20,000 nucleotides of DNA from an uncultured virus (IMG/VR IMGVR_UViG_3300027963_005227) (taxonomy: Duplodnaviria; Heunggongvirae; Uroviricota; Caudoviricetes), in IMG/VR virus record IMGVR_UViG_3300027963_005227, positions 54,609 to 74,608 of that record. One strand, given 5' to 3'. Positions 16,760 through 20,000 of this stretch are shown here, piece after piece (position 1 is the stretch's first letter; the number at the start of each line of letters is the position of its first letter). The notes beneath the pieces were generated by a model, which did no database searches, was not told where the DNA came from, and saw only the letters and a list, made by a program, of their open reading frames with translations. A program made the position numbers and the translations under genes.

Positions 16760-17491
16760 TTATTCATGAACTGCTGATCCTCGTCTAATAATGTATTTTT
16801 TATCTACATTTTTTAATGTATTATTTTTTACAAATACTTGAGTTTTACCATCTATATTTAAAAAAGTTGGCACATTTTCAATAAAGCAGTTTTCCACTTT
16901 AGCATCGCCATGTTTTCTGGACGTACTCTCACCTATTCTAATAGCAGTGATGCCTCCTGTTATATAGCAGTCTTTAATGATTAATCCTACCGCTCCATTA
17001 ATTTGACAACTCTTATCTCCTTTTGAGTTGTTATAAAATTTACAATTTAAAATTTTAAAATTATAACTTTTATCTTTAATATTTGAAATATAATCTTCGC
17101 TAACTCCAGTAAACAATATATTTTCAATTGTTACATTAGGAACTTGAACAACGATTCCTCCAGGAATATTTACTATATAGCCATTTTTTAAAGTATAATT
17201 AGAAAGGTATAATCTAATTGGAGTATTAGATTCATTTTGACTATTTGATGATTTTTTCAAATTGGAGCCGTCTAAACATCCTCCTTGCAAATCAATTACG
17301 TTGCCTATAATTTTTACTTTATTATTAGTTGCTTCTTTAACATCATTGATGCTATTCCAAACTGGAGTTCCAGTTAGTTTGATAGTGTACTTTGGTGTAA
17401 AACTAAGCTGATTTCCACTATATTTTGGACTTAAACTAGTGGATAATCCAACTAATGTTGCACAGAAAATTGATAATAATTGTTCGATCAT
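16760..17491 (-). CDS. secreted/anchored right-handed beta-helix, pectate lyase PL3-like polysaccharide lyase
   Basis: Hydrophobic N-terminus, beta-helix periodicity (VTIENILF, FKILNCKF, LIIKDCYI, AKVENCFI), and PL3-like motifs GVSEDYIS and GDKSCQING. Confidence 0.7.
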   Translation of the reverse strand: MIEQLLSIFCATLVGLSTSLSPKYSGNQLSFTPKYTIKLTGTPVWNSINDVKEATNNKVKIIGNVIDLQGGCLDGSNLKKSSNSQNESNTPIRLYLSNYTLKNGYIVNIPGGIVVQVPNVTIENILFTGVSEDYISNIKDKSYNFKILNCKFYNNSKGDKSCQINGAVGLIIKDCYITGGITAIRIGESTSRKHGDAKVENCFIENVPTFLNIDGKTQVFVKNNTLKNVDKKYIIRRGSAVHE

Positions 17492-17602
17492 ATTAATTAA
17501 TTTAAAAAAGACTAAATTTAATTTAAAAAGTTATACTTTACGCGTCATAAACAAGACTATCCGAACCATATACTAGAGCATCACCTCCACAAACTAAAGA
17601 AT

Positions 17603-17848
17603 TTAATTCAGCTGATTAACGGTGAGGCCAGCGAGTCTAAAGCCAGCATCATAAGGAGTAATGAGCAAACTAAAAAATCTTAAATTATAAACTCTACGAT
17701 TAAATTCTCTAATTAAATGATCGTTAAAATCTACAAAAGAAGTTGCGCTCGCAAGTGCAGCTAAAACATTAGTTTGATAACTCTGCCAATCAGCAAGAAC
17801 TGAAGATTTTTCAGAGTGAATCATAGACTGAAGAAAACGAGGATGCAT
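17603..17848 (-). CDS. hypothetical protein (possibly extends to 17538 through a 1-nt frameshift)
   Basis: 81-aa ORF preceded by GTGTAA-N8-ATG. An alternative frame continues SAELNSLVCGGDALVYGSDSLVYDA*. Confidence 0.6.
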   Translation of the reverse strand: MHPRFLQSMIHSEKSSVLADWQSYQTNVLAALASATSFVDFNDHLIREFNRRVYNLRFFSLLITPYDAGFRLAGLTVNQLN

Positions 17849-17890
17849 GAATATTTTTACACGTTTAAAATGATGAGTGTATAATATAAT
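17849..17890. promoter_or_regulatory. putative back-to-back GTGTA(A/T) promoters
   Basis: GTGTAA on (-) at 17857-17862, 8 nt before ATG 17848. GTGTATAATATAAT on (+) at 17877-17890. Confidence 0.4.
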
Positions 17891-17919
17891 GAAACAATAA
17901 TATAATAATAAAATAAATT

Positions 17920-18261
17920 ATGGCAATTCCAGCACAAAACCCAACAAATATTCCCGCAGTTCAAGAAAAATCATTCTTTGATCTGTGGCTTTATAACATT
18001 AATATTCATGCTCCAGCAGTTAATTCGGGGCGAATTTATATTGAAGCTCTTCCTTATAATCCAGACATTCAAGAAATTGGTCCATCTTCAGGATTGGAAG
18101 TGATCTCTACTGATTCTTTGTTTCAAGCAGCTTACGATGTTCCAGAAGTGGGCATTGCTTATCAAGCAATCATCAACGCTATTGTTCCATTGAGAGAGTG
18201 GATAGCTATGCAAAATGCTCCTAAAGCTCCCCTTGTTATTGAGGAGATTCCAGAGTTTTAA
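17920..18261 (+). CDS. hypothetical protein
   Basis: 113-aa ORF with ATG after an A/T-rich leader, with strong genome-typical codon usage. Confidence 0.75.
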   Translation: MAIPAQNPTNIPAVQEKSFFDLWLYNINIHAPAVNSGRIYIEALPYNPDIQEIGPSSGLEVISTDSLFQAAYDVPEVGIAYQAIINAIVPLREWIAMQNAPKAPLVIEEIPEF

Positions 18262-18291
18262 CAGAAGTACCGATAGAAGAAACAGTCTAAT

Positions 18292-18387
18292 ATGAATATT
18301 CAATCTTTAATCAAAAGAGTTCAAGCATCTTTAAATTTAGAAGTGGATGGAATTGCTGGTCCCGCTACTTGGCAAGCTAATTGCTGA
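18292..18387 (+). CDS. peptidoglycan-binding (PG_binding_1-like) N-terminal part of the endolysin, out of frame with the catalytic part
   Basis: MNIQSLIKRVQASLNLEVDGIAGPATWQA carries the classic Q..L.L.VDGIAGP.TW motif. Deleting one A at 18379-80 joins it to ...IADKLTP of ORF 18347. Confidence 0.8.
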   Translation: MNIQSLIKRVQASLNLEVDGIAGPATWQANC

Positions 18388-19858
18388 TAAACTAACTCCC
18401 GCTCTCAAAGAATCAGTGAGTGTTTCAGTTGTTAAAACTAATTCCTTGGCTAAAAAACTTGTAGAGCTTGCAAGAGAAGAAGTGGGAGTTGAAGAAGTTG
18501 ACGGAACAAATTGTGGTCCAAGAGTTAATGAATATAAATCAGCAACAACTTTAAGTCCAAATGCTAGCTGGCCTTGGTGTTTTGATGAATCAGTTGATAT
18601 TTTAACTGAAAATGGCTGGCGCAGTTTAAAAAAAATCGTTTCTTCAAAAGAAAAAATCAAAATAGCTCAAGTAGATCAAAGCAATTTAGACATTACTTTT
18701 GACTATCCAACTGATTATATTCATAAAACAACAGATAATGCCTCTCAAGTTAAAGCTAGGGGGCTAAATTTTATATGCGACAAGAATCATGAATTTTTTG
18801 CTTCTAAAAATAAAAGAAATTCTTCTCCAGATTTAATCGCGCTGTCTGAAATTCAATCATTTGTAAGCATCCCATCTTGTTTTATAGCTTCAAAATATAA
18901 TCAAAAGTATTCTGAATTAGATTTGGATTTTATTGCAGCTTTTGTGGCAGACGGATCTTTTCATCAAAGAAGTGAAAATCATAAACAAAAAATTCGCATA
19001 CAAGTTAGTAAAGATCGTAAAGTTGAAGTTTTAAAATGTCATAATGGTTCATTTTATGAAGCTAAAAAAGTTTATGGAAATAGTAAAAAGCCATTAACAA
19101 CATTTGAATTTCACATTCCAGAATACTTTGATGAAATTTTCTCTGATTATAAGGAATTTAAATGGGAATGGGTTTTTTCTTTATGTTCAGAACAAATGAA
19201 ATTCTTTTTAGAGAGATATTCTTTTTGGGATGGATGTTATGAAAGAAAAAATATTAGTACGTGTCGAGAACAAAATCATGATATTTTTGTAGCAATGGGC
19301 ATTATGGCGGGTATGCATCCAAATAGCTCTCGTAGAACAGTTAAAAGTGGCAAAACATGTTTTGAAATTTCTCTTGGAAATAAAAAAACTAGAACGCTCC
19401 AAGCATCTAATATTCATGAATACAATGAAAAAATTGAATTATATTGCGTAACAATGCCCAAGGGTCTTATTATTGTTAGAGATAGCAAAGGCACTCCATT
19501 TTTAACTGGTAATTGTGCCGCATTTATTTGTTGGTTATTCAGGGAGACTATGAAAAACTCTAAATATTCTTTTTCTAGACCAACAACTGCTAGCGCATGG
19601 GGTTTTGAAAAGTGGGCTAGAGAAGAAAATGATTCTATCAAACTGCAAAAACCACACAACAATGACATTCAATCTGGCGACATTGTAATCTTTACTTTTT
19701 CGCACATTGGATTAGCAATTTCGGGAGTGGATTCTTCTGGTTATGTTCAAACAATAGAGGGCAATACTGACGGTGAAGGTAGTCGAGAAGGAGGTGCTGT
19801 TTTGCGAAAGAAACGCCACATTTCACAAATTCGCAGTAGAATTCGTACTTTTGAATAA
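18347..19858 (+). CDS. CHAP-domain endolysin precursor containing an intein (true start probably 18292)
   Basis: Exteins LAREEVGVEEVDGTNCGPRVNEY...WPW|CAAFICW...GDIVIFTFSHIGL...TIEGNT form a CHAP amidase with catalytic Cys/His. A holin-like gene follows. Confidence 0.88.
   Translation: MELLVPLLGKLIADKLTPALKESVSVSVVKTNSLAKKLVELAREEVGVEEVDGTNCGPRVNEYKSATTLSPNASWPWCFDESVDILTENGWRSLKKIVSSKEKIKIAQVDQSNLDITFDYPTDYIHKTTDNASQVKARGLNFICDKNHEFFASKNKRNSSPDLIALSEIQSFVSIPSCFIASKYNQKYSELDLDFIAAFVADGSFHQRSENHKQKIRIQVSKDRKVEVLKCHNGSFYEAKKVYGNSKKPLTTFEFHIPEYFDEIFSDYKEFKWEWVFSLCSEQMKFFLERYSFWDGCYERKNISTCREQNHDIFVAMGIMAGMHPNSSRRTVKSGKTCFEISLGNKKTRTLQASNIHEYNEKIELYCVTMPKGLIIVRDSKGTPFLTGNCAAFICWLFRETMKNSKYSFSRPTTASAWGFEKWAREENDSIKLQKPHNNDIQSGDIVIFTFSHIGLAISGVDSSGYVQTIEGNTDGEGSREGGAVLRKKRHISQIRSRIRTFE
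18578..19513 (+). mobile_element. intein (312 aa) with LAGLIDADG/DOD homing-endonuclease domain
   Basis: Block A CFDESVDILTENGW, block B ICDKNHEF, DOD motifs FIAAFVADGSF and FLERYSFWDGCY, block F LYCVTMPKGLIIVR, block G FLTGN followed by +1 Cys. Confidence 0.93.
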
Positions 19859-19864
19859 ATATTA

Positions 19865-19881
19865 GTGTAATAAATAGTATT
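19865..19881 (+). promoter_or_regulatory. putative GTGTAA-type promoter before holin-like gene
   Basis: GTGTAATAAATAGTATT then ATG (11-nt spacing), in a 23-bp intergenic gap. Confidence 0.4.
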
Positions 19882-20000
19882 ATGGACCTTCTTCTTCAAA
19901 TCTTTAAAGCTCAGCCATGGTTTCCAGTTGTTACTGCTGTTGTTACAGCAGCATCAGCAGTGGCTGCAATCACTCCAACTCCTAAACCAGGATCTCGCTG
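19882..20000 (+). CDS. putative holin-like small membrane protein (3' truncated by window edge)
   Basis: MDLLLQIFKAQPWFPVVTAVVTAASAVAAITPTPKPGSR...: TM helix ending in ASAVAAITPTPK, immediately downstream of the endolysin. Confidence 0.6.
   Translation, partial: MDLLLQIFKAQPWFPVVTAVVTAASAVAAITPTPKPGSR

Noticed and set aside
16584..16769. 61-aa plus-strand ORF
   Set aside because: It overlaps tRNA-Ile, tRNA-Ser and the terminator, so it is a shadow ORF.
18347..18380. ORF-track start MELLVPLLGKL for the endolysin
   Set aside because: The overlapping frame encodes a clear peptidoglycan-binding motif from ATG 18292, so this N-terminus is probably an off-frame read of that domain.
18578..19513. 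Group I intron rather than intein in the endolysin
   Set aside because: The insertion is in frame with no stops, and has Cys1, terminal Asn and +1 Cys with Hint blocks, which is diagnostic of protein splicing.
71..19668. Short antisense or alternate-frame ORFs (71-262, 2530-2736, 4452-4763, 6670-6864, 6730-6957, 8369-8551, 8825-9040, 9231-9476, 10659-10901, 10744-11004, 11534-11725, 13876-14067, 14820-15035, 15151-15363, 18088-18303, 18337-18660, 19208-19417, 19414-19668)
   Set aside because: All lie within or mostly within better-supported genes and show no recognisable motifs.
1..20000. Alternative genetic code or stop-codon reassignment
   Set aside because: Long genes are intact in code 11, TAA, TAG and TGA all end genes, and no suppressor anticodon is present. 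tRNA-Ser's TGA anticodon reads TCA codons.

Overview
AT-rich (roughly 30% GC by eye) segment of a large tailed dsDNA bacteriophage. It uses the standard genetic code, and the host is probably Gram-negative. From left to right: (1) a minus-strand lambda-like tail-tip operon (gpL-K-I-J plus a downstream FN3-like protein) whose gpL and gpJ carry large inserted domains; (2) a plus-strand accessory block (PD-(D/E)XK-like nuclease, HNH endonuclease behind a GC-rich 14-bp hairpin, UvsE UV-damage endonuclease, GH73-like glucosaminidase); (3) nine tRNA genes (Ala, Thr, Tyr, Asn, Trp, Ser, Gly, Ile, Ser) interleaved with a zincin protease and an outer-membrane beta-barrel, closed by a bidirectional terminator shared with a PL3-like pectate lyase; (4) a lysis region. 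The most striking feature is a CHAP-family endolysin interrupted by a 312-aa LAGLIDADG-type intein inserted immediately before the catalytic cysteine (W|CAAF), so lytic activity would depend on protein splicing. Its peptidoglycan-binding N-terminus lies in a different frame (one extra base at about 18379). All family assignments come from motif recognition by eye, not database searches.
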